DNA from: a virus
Lineage: Duplodnaviria; Caudoviricetes
DNA length: 64,000 bases
Virus record (IMG/VR): IMGVR_UViG_3300020388_000010
Reading direction: 5' to 3' (one strand)
Position 1 is the stretch's first letter; the number at the start of each line of letters is the position of its first letter. Positions 1-10,113 of the stretch are shown piece after piece. The notes beneath the pieces are model-generated. The model had not been told where the DNA came from. It worked only from the letters and a program-made list of their open reading frames with translations, and ran no database searches. The position numbers were made by a program, and so were the translations under genes.

Positions 1-762
1 GTAGACATATCAATCAAACCAGACCCAGTTGCAAATGCAATTACAATAGAAACACAAACTGGTAGAAGAACAACCACAGGCCCTACAACTACAAGTGGTG
101 GTTATTGGAGTGAACCAAGAACAACTGATACTAATTTTACTGGTACAAGAGTGAGTGGTATCTCTACTGAAACTGGACAACCAAGAAATGAAAAGATGAG
201 AGTTGACCCAGAGTATCCTTACAATCACGCAAGGGAAACAGAGTCTGGACACATCAAAGAGTATGATGATACGCCTGGTGCAGAAAGAATTATGGAATTC
301 CATAGGACTGGAACATTCTATGAGGTAGATTCAGATGGTACAAAAATGACAAGAGTTGTAGGACATAATTATGAGGTTGTTGCTGGTAATGATTTTGTAA
401 ACATTAAAGGTGCTTGTAATTTAACGATTGACCAAAACTGTAATACCTACATTAAAGGAAACTGGAATATACAAGTAGACGGAAGTAAAACTGAAGTAAT
501 CAAAGGTTCACGAATGACAATGATTATGGGTGCAGATACATTAAACATAGCTGCAATGAGAAGTAAAGTTGTGGGTGCAGCTGAAAGTAATGCGATAGGT
601 GGTGCTCAAACTGATACTGTTGGTGGTGCTCAAATAACTTCAGTAGGTGGTTATATATCACGAAAAGCTGGTGCAAAGATAGGTGATATGGCTGGTGGAG
701 CATATACTGCAACTGCTGGTGGTTTCTATAAAGTAACTGCACCAAGAATTGACTTGAACTAG
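1..762 (+). CDS. gp5: Baseplate hub/central spike protein, C-terminal part (5' end lies outside window)
   Basis: Frame is open from base 1. Contains YPYNH..ETESGH..E.DDTPGAERI...HRTGTF.E and 8-residue V/I-x-G beta-helix repeats; followed by PAAR and gp25. Confidence 0.9.
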   Translation, partial: VDISIKPDPVANAITIETQTGRRTTTGPTTTSGGYWSEPRTTDTNFTGTRVSGISTETGQPRNEKMRVDPEYPYNHARETESGHIKEYDDTPGAERIMEFHRTGTFYEVDSDGTKMTRVVGHNYEVVAGNDFVNIKGACNLTIDQNCNTYIKGNWNIQVDGSKTEVIKGSRMTMIMGADTLNIAAMRSKVVGAAESNAIGGAQTDTVGGAQITSVGGYISRKAGAKIGDMAGGAYTATAGGFYKVTAPRIDLN

Positions 763-771
763 GAGAAATAA

Positions 772-909
772 ATGGCTAAAAAAATGAATACAATGTCAGT
801 CTACGAACCTACTTTTAAAAGAACATCTATTGGTAGGGGTAAAATTAAAACTTCTACTATGAATAAACATAAAAGAAGTAGTTGGAAGAAGTATCGTGGA
901 CAAGGATAA
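772..909 (+). CDS. 45-aa very basic small protein ending KKYRGQG (not in ORF track)
   Basis: AGGAG RBS, ATG at 772, reads MAKKMNTMSVYEPTFKRTSIGRGKIKTSTMNKHKRSSWKKYRGQG; its TAA overlaps the next ATG. Confidence 0.75.
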   Translation: MAKKMNTMSVYEPTFKRTSIGRGKIKTSTMNKHKRSSWKKYRGQG

Positions 910-1805
910 TGGTAACAATATCACCTTCATCAAGGTTTGCAAGTGTAGTTAGACAACAGAATGGTCATAGTCAAGTATTTTCAAGAACTGTAACTGCGAC
1001 TCCAGGCCCAAACGAAGTAATAGTTTCTACATCTTTATCTTTAGATAGAGAGTTTCATAATTTTTATTTAGAACCAGCAACCACTAACTCAATAGATAAC
1101 ATTATTACAGAAGATGATGATAACATTGTTTTTAATAGAACTAATTTATCTGGTGCAGATGCTGGAGATAAATTACAATTAGAAGCCGCAATAGTTGATG
1201 CAAATGTATTATTAGAAGAAGGAACTCCAGTTAGTGATGAAGATGAGGTGCGAGCAGACACAGATGTAATTTTATTAGAAGACACACTTGCAGACAGTGA
1301 ACCAGATATTTCAATTTCAAATGGTACTAGAAGTGCAACAACATCTGGATTTTATAGTCGTAGGTTTACTGATATTGGTCAGTTTGTTATTAAAGGAGAA
1401 AGTGATTTATTTTCTGGGAGTTTTGATTTTACTGGTATAGATAAGATGCCTTTAAATCATAATGATGAGTCTTTAGGAAAAAAATATACATTGTATAGTA
1501 TGAATCCAGATTTTACTGACCAATACAGATTTACATATAGTGTTACAGTATTGTATTATGAAGAACTAGAAATATCGGAAACTGACCCCATAACTTCAAC
1601 CACGACAACACATAAAATAAGAAGTAGTATAAAAACATTTTCTGCAACATTAACACACGCTGTGATAAATGATTTATCATTTATAGGAAGATATGTAAGT
1701 AGTTATTATGCACAAAATAGAATACAATTAGAAGATGATGAAGATGGAATAAATGATGAAGCATTTATATTATTAGAGGATGAAAACTTTGTTATTACAG
1801 AGTAA
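909..1805 (+). CDS. Acidic hypothetical virion protein with LLED-type and DAGD repeats
   Basis: Start reassigned to the ATG at 909 (TAATG overlap); lies in the baseplate cluster. Confidence 0.65.
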   Translation: MVTISPSSRFASVVRQQNGHSQVFSRTVTATPGPNEVIVSTSLSLDREFHNFYLEPATTNSIDNIITEDDDNIVFNRTNLSGADAGDKLQLEAAIVDANVLLEEGTPVSDEDEVRADTDVILLEDTLADSEPDISISNGTRSATTSGFYSRRFTDIGQFVIKGESDLFSGSFDFTGIDKMPLNHNDESLGKKYTLYSMNPDFTDQYRFTYSVTVLYYEELEISETDPITSTTTTHKIRSSIKTFSATLTHAVINDLSFIGRYVSSYYAQNRIQLEDDEDGINDEAFILLEDENFVITE

Positions 1806-1808
1806 TAG

Positions 1809-1816
1809 TATAAATA
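1809..1816 (+). promoter_or_regulatory. T4-type late promoter TATAAATA
   Basis: Exact consensus, intergenic before PAAR gene; gp55 is in the window. Confidence 0.8.
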
Positions 1817-1832
1817 ATCATAGGAAAAGAAT

Positions 1833-2234
1833 ATGGCATTTAATTACACACCAGGCACAGCTTGTAGAATTGGCGACATAGATTTAGTTCATTGTAGTAC
1901 ACCACACCGTATGCAAGGTTCACCTAATGTTTTTGCAGAAAGTTTGCCTTGGAGTTGTCAAGGACATTTAAATACACCACATCTATTACCTTGTATATTG
2001 GGTTGCTGTGGTCATTTAGCTCCGATTGCAAAAGGTTCTACCACTGTATTTGTTAATGGTTTAGGTGCTGGTAGAGTAGGTGATGGTATAGCTGGTTGCA
2101 CACAAGTTTTTGCATCTGATAATAAAACTGTTTTTGCTGGTGCTGGTGGTGGTGCAGTAACTGGAAGTCAAGTTGACCCTCAACAGATAATTGATGATAG
2201 AATTCAAGCAGTATTTGAAGGGACGGCCGCATAA
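1833..2234 (+). CDS. PAAR-repeat spike tip protein (gp5.4-like)
   Basis: ACRIGD, GSPNVF, GSTTVFVNG...RVGD repeats, His/Cys rich, between gp5 and gp25. Confidence 0.85.
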   Translation: MAFNYTPGTACRIGDIDLVHCSTPHRMQGSPNVFAESLPWSCQGHLNTPHLLPCILGCCGHLAPIAKGSTTVFVNGLGAGRVGDGIAGCTQVFASDNKTVFAGAGGGAVTGSQVDPQQIIDDRIQAVFEGTAA

Positions 2235-2674
2235 TGTCATTAACTGGAAATTTATTATTTGATGCACAAATAAATAACGAGAGACGAAGTAATCGTATCT
2301 TTAAGGATTTGAGTTTAAACTTTAATCAGAATCCAGTTACTAAAGATATTACTAAAGTTACAGATGTAGAGGCAATCAAAAGAAGTGTTAGAAATCTTAT
2401 ATCATTAAATCATTATGAAAAACCTTTTCACCCAGAGATAGGTTCTAATATTAGACAATCTTTATTTGAACCTTTAAACACATTAACTGCTGGAGTATTA
2501 ACTCACAACATCACTAATGTTTTAGAAACACACGAACCAAGAATTTTATTACATAGAGTTGATTGCACACCAGACATAGACAGAAATGCTTATAATATTA
2601 GATTAGACTTTTTTATTATTAATGCAACAACTGAACTAATATCATTTGAGTTTATACTAGAGAGAATAAGATAA
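2234..2674 (+). CDS. gp25: Baseplate wedge subunit
   Basis: FKDLSL.F...P...D, AIKRSVRNL, EKPFHPEIG, HEPR motifs. Confidence 0.92.
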   Translation: MSLTGNLLFDAQINNERRSNRIFKDLSLNFNQNPVTKDITKVTDVEAIKRSVRNLISLNHYEKPFHPEIGSNIRQSLFEPLNTLTAGVLTHNITNVLETHEPRILLHRVDCTPDIDRNAYNIRLDFFIINATTELISFEFILERIR

Positions 2675-4572
2675 TGGCAAATAAAGAAAGATTAAGAATT
2701 ACAGAATTAGATTTTGATGGTATCAAAAGTAATTTAAAAACATTCCTAAAAAATCAAACAGAATTTACAGACTACGACTTTGAAGGTTCTGGTATGAATG
2801 TCTTATTAGATGTTCTTGCATACAACACGCACTATCAAGCTATGAACGCAAACCTTATGGGTAATGAGATGTTTCTTGATACTGCACAACTTCGTTCTTC
2901 AGTCGTATCACACGCAAAACTATTAGGTTATAAAGTAAGAAGTTCACGAGCACCTAAAGCAATAGTTAATGTAGAGGTTAGTTCACTTACTGGCATAACA
3001 ACTGCAACAATACCAAAAGGTTTTTCTTTTCAATCATCTATTGATAATGTTCCTTACTTTTTTATTACAAATGAAGCAGTTACTAAATCAAGAGAAAATA
3101 ATGTATTAAGATTTGAAGGATTAGAAGTATTTGAGGGAACATTAATCACAACAAGATATACTGTTGATGCAGATAACATTGACCAAAGATTTATAATTGC
3201 AGATACAAAAGCAGATATGTCAACTCTTAAAGTTACTGTACAAAACTCTTCAACCGATTCAACTACTCAAACATATACAGAATCTGCTGACATAGTTCAA
3301 GCAACATCTACATCTAATGTATTTTTTATACAAGAGGTTGAAGATGGACAACACGAAATATTATTTGGTGATGGTGTAATAGGTAAAAAATTAACTGATG
3401 GTAATATAGTTGTTTTAGAATATATTGTTACTAACGAAACTTTAGCTAATGGTGCAGGCAGTCTTACTGGTTCTTCACAGATTTCTGGTTCTACTGCATA
3501 TACTGTTACGACAACATCTGCAGCCACTGGTGGTGCAACAAGAGAAACTATTGATAGTATTAAATTTAATGCACCTTTAGATTACTCTGCACAAAATAGA
3601 GCAGTCACAGTAAATGATTACAAAGTATTTGTAAGACAAGTATTTCCAGATACTGCAGCTGTTTCAGTTTGGGGTGGTGAAGATAATGACCCACCAAAAT
3701 ATGGAATAGTTTATATCTCTATTAAAACAAATGATGGAAACACATTAACTAATTCTCAAAAGTCTACAATACAAAATTCTTTAAAACCATATAATGTTGC
3801 ATCTATTAGAACAGAAATAGTTGACCCAGAAACTATTCAAATTAGATTAACAACTAATTTCAAATACAATTCTACAATCACTACAAAAACAGTTAATGAT
3901 TTAAATGCATTAATTGTAACAACACTTACAACTTATAGTGCAGACACTTTAGAACAATTTAATTCACAATTTAGATTTTCAGATTTGATTGGACAAATAG
4001 ATGATACTGATAGTGCAATAACTTCAAATGTAACTACTATTCAAATGTCTAAAATAATCACACCAACTCTCAACACCAATTCATCATATACAGTAAACTT
4101 TGGCAATTCAATATATAATCCTCATAGTGGTCACGAAGCTGTTGTATCATCAACTGGATTTAAAGTAAGTGGTAATGATAACGAACTTTTTATTGATGAC
4201 ACAGATGGTACATTAAGAACTTATTATTTTGTTGGTACAACGAAGACTATTGTAGATGCAAATTTTGGTACTGTTGATTATATTACTGGTAAAGTATCTA
4301 TACCTAGTGCAAAAATAACAAGTATATCTAATGTTGATGGTGCAACATCTACACAAATTAGAATAGTTGCAGTTCCATCATCTCCAGATATAATACCTTT
4401 GAGAAATAATATATTAGAAATAGATTTACCTAATTCAACTGTTAATGGAAAAGTAGACACTGCAACCTCAAGTTCTGGTTCGTCTGTTGCAACAACATCG
4501 GCTGCTGTAACAACTGCTGATACATCAACATCTTATATTACTACTGGAAGTAGTTCCTCAAGTGGTTACTAA
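2674..4572 (+). CDS. gp6: Baseplate wedge subunit
   Basis: LDFD.IK, DYDFEGSG, LAYNTHY, QNRAVT..DY, VWGGE motifs. Confidence 0.95.
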   Translation: MANKERLRITELDFDGIKSNLKTFLKNQTEFTDYDFEGSGMNVLLDVLAYNTHYQAMNANLMGNEMFLDTAQLRSSVVSHAKLLGYKVRSSRAPKAIVNVEVSSLTGITTATIPKGFSFQSSIDNVPYFFITNEAVTKSRENNVLRFEGLEVFEGTLITTRYTVDADNIDQRFIIADTKADMSTLKVTVQNSSTDSTTQTYTESADIVQATSTSNVFFIQEVEDGQHEILFGDGVIGKKLTDGNIVVLEYIVTNETLANGAGSLTGSSQISGSTAYTVTTTSAATGGATRETIDSIKFNAPLDYSAQNRAVTVNDYKVFVRQVFPDTAAVSVWGGEDNDPPKYGIVYISIKTNDGNTLTNSQKSTIQNSLKPYNVASIRTEIVDPETIQIRLTTNFKYNSTITTKTVNDLNALIVTTLTTYSADTLEQFNSQFRFSDLIGQIDDTDSAITSNVTTIQMSKIITPTLNTNSSYTVNFGNSIYNPHSGHEAVVSSTGFKVSGNDNELFIDDTDGTLRTYYFVGTTKTIVDANFGTVDYITGKVSIPSAKITSISNVDGATSTQIRIVAVPSSPDIIPLRNNILEIDLPNSTVNGKVDTATSSSGSSVATTSAAVTTADTSTSYITTGSSSSSGY

Positions 4573-7500
4573 TGTCTTCTACATTTGATAAAAAAATATC
4601 ACCTTTATTACAAGAATTCGTTCCAGAGTTCTTAAAATCTGACCACCCTAAATTTGTAAAATTTTTAAAAGATTATTATAGATATCTTGAGTGTGGACAA
4701 CTAACCATTTCTGGTGATGTCAATTATGTGTTACAAGAAACTACATCTAATAATTATATTTTAAATGAGAAAGGTGATGAGAATGTTGTATTAGAAGATT
4801 CTGTTGCAAAGTTTACAGTTGGTGAAACAATCAAAGGTATTACATCTAATGCAACTGCGACAGTTTTAATTGATGACTTTGATGACAATCAAGTATTATA
4901 CATTACTTCACAAAATAAATTTGAAACTAATGAAGAAATTCAAGGTTTAACTTCTAATGCCCGAGCTAAAATTACACAGTTTCGTGGTAATCCAATACAA
5001 AACATTCAACAACTTTTAGATTATGCAGATGTTGATAATACCATATATGATTTTCTAACTCAATTTAGAGATTCATTTTTAGAAGGTATTAGTGAAACAC
5101 TTGCAAGTGGTGTATCAAAAAGACAATTAATAAAAACAATAAAAGATTTATATACTTCTAAAGGTACTATTGATGGTCACAAATATTTCTTTAGATTATT
5201 ATTTGATGAAGAAGCTGAAATAGTATTTCCAAGAGATAATATGTTAAGAGTTTCTGACGGTTTCTGGGACTCAGAAATTGTTATGAAAGTTATTGAAACA
5301 GGCACATCAGACTTTGGTAGTCTTTCTAATAAAATAATAACTGGTAGAACATCTGGTGCAACAGCAAGAATCACGACAGTCACTAAATTTACAGAGGGTG
5401 GTAATGCGTTTGCACAATTAAGAATTGCAGATAACTCTATTACTGGAACATTTCAAATTGGTGAAACTGTTTTTGGAACAGACCCTAATAATGATTTTGA
5501 TATTTTTGCAGTCATACAAGAAATTGTTTCTGGTGTTGATATTACTAGAAGTGGACAGTATTATGAAATCAATGACCCAGTAACTGTAATAGGTGGTGAT
5601 GGTTTTGCAGAAATGGTTGTTGCAGATGTATCAAAAGGTAAGATAGATGAAATAGTAATTGATGATACTGGTACTGGTTATACAAATGGAGCTCAACTTC
5701 AATTTGATAATAGTGATACAGATGGTACTGGTGTAGAAGCAAATGTTGATATTGTAGGTGGTTCAATACAATTAGAAAACGCAACATCTGGTGATAACAT
5801 TATTACTGATGAAAGAGAAAGTATTATTGTTGATGATGTCGGTGATATAGAACAAGAAGATGCAACCTTTGAAAATGTAAATATAGTTTTAAATAGAACT
5901 GCAACTCCCCACACAGATGCCGGTGATAATATAATTATTGAAACACCAGTTGACCCAGACAACTTCATTACAAATCATATTCAAATAGAAGATGATTCTG
6001 ATGGTGTCACTAATATAATTTTTGATAGAACAGATGCAACTGGGTCAGATGCAAATTCAAAAATACTTACAGAGGATTCTGTTGTTACGAGTGCAATACA
6101 AACTGGTGTGTTAGTCGGTGAAGAAACAAATTCATCTGAAAGATTTAGACAATCACTACCAGTAGATAACAATAACGATTTTATATTAGAAGACGAATTA
6201 GGAAACTTTAGATTACTAAGAGAAGAATCTGAACCAGAGTTCTTGATATTAGAACAAGATGCAACTGTTGATCACATAGTTCTTGATGGTACTGATACAA
6301 ATAGTGCTAACGAAAATGATAATATAGTTCAAGAGAATGATGGTGCTTCTAGAATCACTATGGAATTGTCAGATAGTGATGATGTATTACTATTTGAAAA
6401 TGAACAGTTTACACAATTAGAAACTGCAACATTACCGTCACAAGAACAAGGTGAGATAAGAAGAATAAGAATTACAAATGAAGGTAATGGTTATACTAAA
6501 TTACCATCTATAACTGTATCTGGTGGTACTGGTGCAAAACTTCTTGCAAAATCTAATACTGGAGTTGGTGGTGTTACAGAAGTAGGTATTAGAAACTTCG
6601 GTTCTGGGTATAAGAACGATTCTGTTTATCACATATTAGAAGATGCAACTGTTACTGGTGAAGCAATATCTGGCCAAAAAATATTATTAGAAAATGAGGG
6701 TGAAGGTGATGCAATCTTAAATGAAGATACAGTAAGAGATTCTGTAAGATTTAATAAAACTGTATTAGTAAAAGACATTGTTGGAACATTTGTTGCAACA
6801 GAAGGTTTAACATCATCAGAAGGAACTATTGTTTCCTTTGATAGTGCAAAACAAACCATTAAAATAAATTCAACACATACACCAGAAGAGGATGATTTAA
6901 TTACAACTGGTACTGCAAGTGGAATAGTTGTACAATGTTTAACAGCTGATGGTGATTTAACAACTGGTGCAACTGGTAGAACAACTGGTAACTTCATAGG
7001 TTCAAAAGGATTTGTATCTGAAGATACTATGAGAATTCAAGACTCGTATTATTATCAAGATTTTTCTTATGTTGTGAAAATAGGTGAATCAATTAATGAG
7101 TGGCGTGATAGTATTAGAACTGCGACACACCCTGCTGGGTTTGCAGTATTCGGACAAGTTACTATTGCATCATTAGTCAATGCACAACTTAAAATACCTA
7201 CTGGTTCTGAGATTTCTGGATTTGTAGGTGATACTGAAACATTTACTCCAGAACTTGCATCTACACTTACAACTCTATTTACAACTGTATTTGGTCGTAG
7301 GTTGGGTACAACAAATGATGGTACAACTTTAAATACAGCACCAGCTATTGGTTATCAAGAAAATACAAGTGGGGGTGGAACAGTATTACCATCTGGTAAA
7401 AGAGAACTAACATTATCAAGTTCTGTATCTATTACTATGGGTGGTGCAACATCATCATCATTTGCACCTTTCTTAGTTAATCTTGCAAAATATGGATTTA

Positions 7501-8111
7501 TGCAAGAGGGATTTTTAGGTGATGATGAAAATGTAGATACTTATTTTACTATTGACCAATTTAAAGATGTTAAAATAAATGAAGTATCAGTAACTGGTGG
7601 ATTTAGTGATACTGATGAAGAAAACTTTGATTCCACAACAAGGTTCTTTGATGAAAGTAGAAACTTTATACCAAACTCTGCATTTACTACAAGAATTAAT
7701 GTACCACCAAGAGGTGAATTAAGAATTACTAAAACTGGTATGTTCCAAACATTTGATATGGACTTTAGAACATTTGATGATATTAGACAAACATTTGATG
7801 AAGATAATGCTGGTGGTAAGACAATAGATACATTGGGTCAAGAGTTCTTAGACTTCTCTGAGACACAAAAAACATTTGATTCAACAAGTACGAAGTTTGA
7901 TGTAGGTTTTGCTGGATTAACTAATCCACTAGACTTCTCACAGACATTATATAAATTTGATGATACACTAGGTGGTGATTATGCAAGATTTGATGCAGAC
8001 TTTAGTGTTTCACAAACTGCAAACATAACAACTACATTTGATGCAAGTGCATTTAGATTTGATGCAACTTTATCAGATATGGGATTAACTTTTGATAATA
8101 CTGCAACTTAA
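4572..8111 (+). CDS. gp7: Baseplate wedge initiator (gp7-like) with acidic repeat insert and C-terminal FD repeats
   Basis: PEF...HPKFV.FLK.YY, IKDLY.SKGT, IQDSYYYQDFSYV, HPAGF motifs; follows gp6. Confidence 0.8.
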   Translation: MSSTFDKKISPLLQEFVPEFLKSDHPKFVKFLKDYYRYLECGQLTISGDVNYVLQETTSNNYILNEKGDENVVLEDSVAKFTVGETIKGITSNATATVLIDDFDDNQVLYITSQNKFETNEEIQGLTSNARAKITQFRGNPIQNIQQLLDYADVDNTIYDFLTQFRDSFLEGISETLASGVSKRQLIKTIKDLYTSKGTIDGHKYFFRLLFDEEAEIVFPRDNMLRVSDGFWDSEIVMKVIETGTSDFGSLSNKIITGRTSGATARITTVTKFTEGGNAFAQLRIADNSITGTFQIGETVFGTDPNNDFDIFAVIQEIVSGVDITRSGQYYEINDPVTVIGGDGFAEMVVADVSKGKIDEIVIDDTGTGYTNGAQLQFDNSDTDGTGVEANVDIVGGSIQLENATSGDNIITDERESIIVDDVGDIEQEDATFENVNIVLNRTATPHTDAGDNIIIETPVDPDNFITNHIQIEDDSDGVTNIIFDRTDATGSDANSKILTEDSVVTSAIQTGVLVGEETNSSERFRQSLPVDNNNDFILEDELGNFRLLREESEPEFLILEQDATVDHIVLDGTDTNSANENDNIVQENDGASRITMELSDSDDVLLFENEQFTQLETATLPSQEQGEIRRIRITNEGNGYTKLPSITVSGGTGAKLLAKSNTGVGGVTEVGIRNFGSGYKNDSVYHILEDATVTGEAISGQKILLENEGEGDAILNEDTVRDSVRFNKTVLVKDIVGTFVATEGLTSSEGTIVSFDSAKQTIKINSTHTPEEDDLITTGTASGIVVQCLTADGDLTTGATGRTTGNFIGSKGFVSEDTMRIQDSYYYQDFSYVVKIGESINEWRDSIRTATHPAGFAVFGQVTIASLVNAQLKIPTGSEISGFVGDTETFTPELASTLTTLFTTVFGRRLGTTNDGTTLNTAPAIGYQENTSGGGTVLPSGKRELTLSSSVSITMGGATSSSFAPFLVNLAKYGFMQEGFLGDDENVDTYFTIDQFKDVKINEVSVTGGFSDTDEENFDSTTRFFDESRNFIPNSAFTTRINVPPRGELRITKTGMFQTFDMDFRTFDDIRQTFDEDNAGGKTIDTLGQEFLDFSETQKTFDSTSTKFDVGFAGLTNPLDFSQTLYKFDDTLGGDYARFDADFSVSQTANITTTFDASAFRFDATLSDMGLTFDNTAT
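7620..8108 (+). repeat. Coding repeat: FDxxxxx-type peptide repeats at the gp7 C-terminus
   Basis: FDSTTRFFD, FDMDFRTFDDIRQTFD, FSETQKTFDSTSTKFD, FDASAFRFD. Confidence 0.8.
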
Positions 8112-8115
8112 TCAT

Positions 8116-8123
8116 TATAAATA
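8116..8123 (+). promoter_or_regulatory. T4-type late promoter TATAAATA
   Basis: Exact consensus, intergenic. Confidence 0.8.
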
Positions 8124-8148
8124 AAAGTAGATAATAGGAGATATAGGA

Positions 8149-9060
8149 ATGGCATATCAATCTATCGGACTTGGAAGTTCAGCAAATGATGGGACAGGCG
8201 ATACCCTCAGAGCTGGAGGTGACAAGGCAAACGATAACTTTGTAGAACTGTACACATTATTAGGTACTGGTTCTGCTTTAACTTCTGGGATGAGTGCAAC
8301 TGCAACCGTAGTTACATTAACAGCCCCAGTAATCGCTACAAGTTTAGACCTTAATGGTTCTGAACTTATTTTAGATGTTGATGCAGATACTTCAATAACT
8401 GCTGATTCAGACGATACAATAGATTTTAAAATAGGTGGTGCTGATATATTTCAGATGACTGCAACTAAACTTGACCTTAATGGTAAAGAATTAGTTTTAG
8501 ATGCAGACGCTGATACATCTATCACTGCTGATGTAGATGATACTATTCACTTTAAAATAAATGGTGATGATGATATCATTTTCACAACTGGTATTATTGA
8601 TGTAAAAAATAGTGGTGCAAAATCACAAGTAAGATTATATTGTGAGAGTTCAAATGCACACTATGTTGCAATAGAATCTCCAGCTCACGCTGTATATTCT
8701 GGTAATGTCACAGTCACACTACCAAACAAAACATCAACACTTCAAGGTTCATCAACTGAAACCATAACTGGTGCTGGTGGTTCTAACGCACTAGATAAAG
8801 ATACTGAAGTATCACTTCTAAACACAGCTAGTGGTACTGCTGGACTTACTCTTGCAACTGGTCGTTTTGTTGGTCAAAGAAAAATAATCATTATGACTGT
8901 TGCTGGTAACAATGCAACAATGACACAATCAAATGGTAACTTAAACTCTACCAATGTTTCTACAAGTATTGTATTTAATGCAATCGGTGAAAGTGTTGTT
9001 TTAGTTTACAATGGTGCAAACTGGAATGTAGTTTCTAGTAACGGTGCAACCATATCATAG
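8149..9060 (+). CDS. Fibre/connector protein with gp9/gp10-like N-terminus
   Basis: ANDGTGDTLRAGGDK.N.NF.ELY N-terminus; two LDLNG.EL.LD.DADTSITAD.DDTI.FKI repeats. Confidence 0.75.
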   Translation: MAYQSIGLGSSANDGTGDTLRAGGDKANDNFVELYTLLGTGSALTSGMSATATVVTLTAPVIATSLDLNGSELILDVDADTSITADSDDTIDFKIGGADIFQMTATKLDLNGKELVLDADADTSITADVDDTIHFKINGDDDIIFTTGIIDVKNSGAKSQVRLYCESSNAHYVAIESPAHAVYSGNVTVTLPNKTSTLQGSSTETITGAGGSNALDKDTEVSLLNTASGTAGLTLATGRFVGQRKIIIMTVAGNNATMTQSNGNLNSTNVSTSIVFNAIGESVVLVYNGANWNVVSSNGATIS

Positions 9061-9068
9061 GATAAATT

Positions 9069-9455
9069 ATGGCTGTCTTTCAACTTCCAACTGATGGTAT
9101 CGCAGACGGTGCCATCACAACTGCTAAGATTAATGCATCAGTTAGTCTTGGTGCATCTGTTAATATTATTCTTAACGGAACAGATGGTGGAGGTTCTAAT
9201 GCTGGTGATAATTTAATCCTTGACGGTACAGATGGTGCTAGTGCTAATGCTGGTGATAAAGTTCAATATAATGATGTCCTAGATGCAAATGCCATTCCCC
9301 AATCTTTCGGACAATCAGCACAGTTTAGAGCAAACATTAAATTTTTAAATGAAACACTTACAATTCCTCAAGGAGTCAATGCAATGGCAGTCGGGCCTAT
9401 TACGGTTACTTCTGGTAATACATTGACAATAGAGGGAGATGTTGTTATACTTTAG
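9069..9455 (+). CDS. Short fibre adaptor/hub protein
   Basis: Two LDGTD...NAGD motifs; C-terminal TIP.G.NAM..GPITV..G.TLTI motif seen in marine phage fibre genes. Confidence 0.6.
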   Translation: MAVFQLPTDGIADGAITTAKINASVSLGASVNIILNGTDGGGSNAGDNLILDGTDGASANAGDKVQYNDVLDANAIPQSFGQSAQFRANIKFLNETLTIPQGVNAMAVGPITVTSGNTLTIEGDVVIL

Positions 9456-9464
9456 GTAGATTTT

Positions 9465-10079
9465 ATGGGTACATTAAAAGTAGATAATTTACAAAAAGAA
9501 GACGGAACAGCTATTATTACTGATGGTGTGATTCCAACTACAATATTAAAAAATTCTAGTGTTGGTATGGTTAAATTATTTCAAGGTAGTGCAGCTTCTG
9601 CTGCTTCATTTGAAATAAACAGTACATACATTAATTCTACTTATGACAATTATTTAATCTTTATAGATGCAACACCAGTTACTGATGCACAAACATTAAG
9701 AATGAGATTTTTACATAGTGATTCTGCTCATACTGGTAGTGATTATTTTTATGAGTGTGAAGTTCATTCAAGTTCAACACATACTTACGACCACGATGCC
9801 GCTGACCATATTAGAATGGTTTATCAAACCCCAGGCAATGCAGCTGGTGAGGGTTTAAATGTTTTTTGTACTTTGACACAAGTAAATAGTACCTCTAGAC
9901 CAACAACAGTTAAAGGTGATTATACAGTTGTGAACGATAGTGCAAGTAGTCAAGGGGGTACATTTAATGGAGGTCAAGACCTCGGAGGTAGAGCAACTGC
10001 GATAACTGGAGTTCATATTTATTTTGGTAGTGGTAATATAATTATGAATGACTTTGCAATTTATGGGATGGTAAAATAA
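9465..10079 (+). CDS. Fibre tip protein, paralogue 1 (MGTLKVDNL N-terminus)
   Basis: Shared N-terminus with the next two genes; variable beta-rich C-terminal domain. Confidence 0.65.
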   Translation: MGTLKVDNLQKEDGTAIITDGVIPTTILKNSSVGMVKLFQGSAASAASFEINSTYINSTYDNYLIFIDATPVTDAQTLRMRFLHSDSAHTGSDYFYECEVHSSSTHTYDHDAADHIRMVYQTPGNAAGEGLNVFCTLTQVNSTSRPTTVKGDYTVVNDSASSQGGTFNGGQDLGGRATAITGVHIYFGSGNIIMNDFAIYGMVK

Positions 10080-10113
10080 AATGGGTACATTAAAAGTAGA
10101 TAATTTACAAAAA
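9465..10113 (+). repeat. 33-bp exact direct repeat at the starts of two fibre-tip genes (9465-9497 and 10081-10113)
   Basis: atgggtacattaaaagtagataatttacaaaaa occurs at both positions; degenerate third copy at 10752. Confidence 0.9.
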
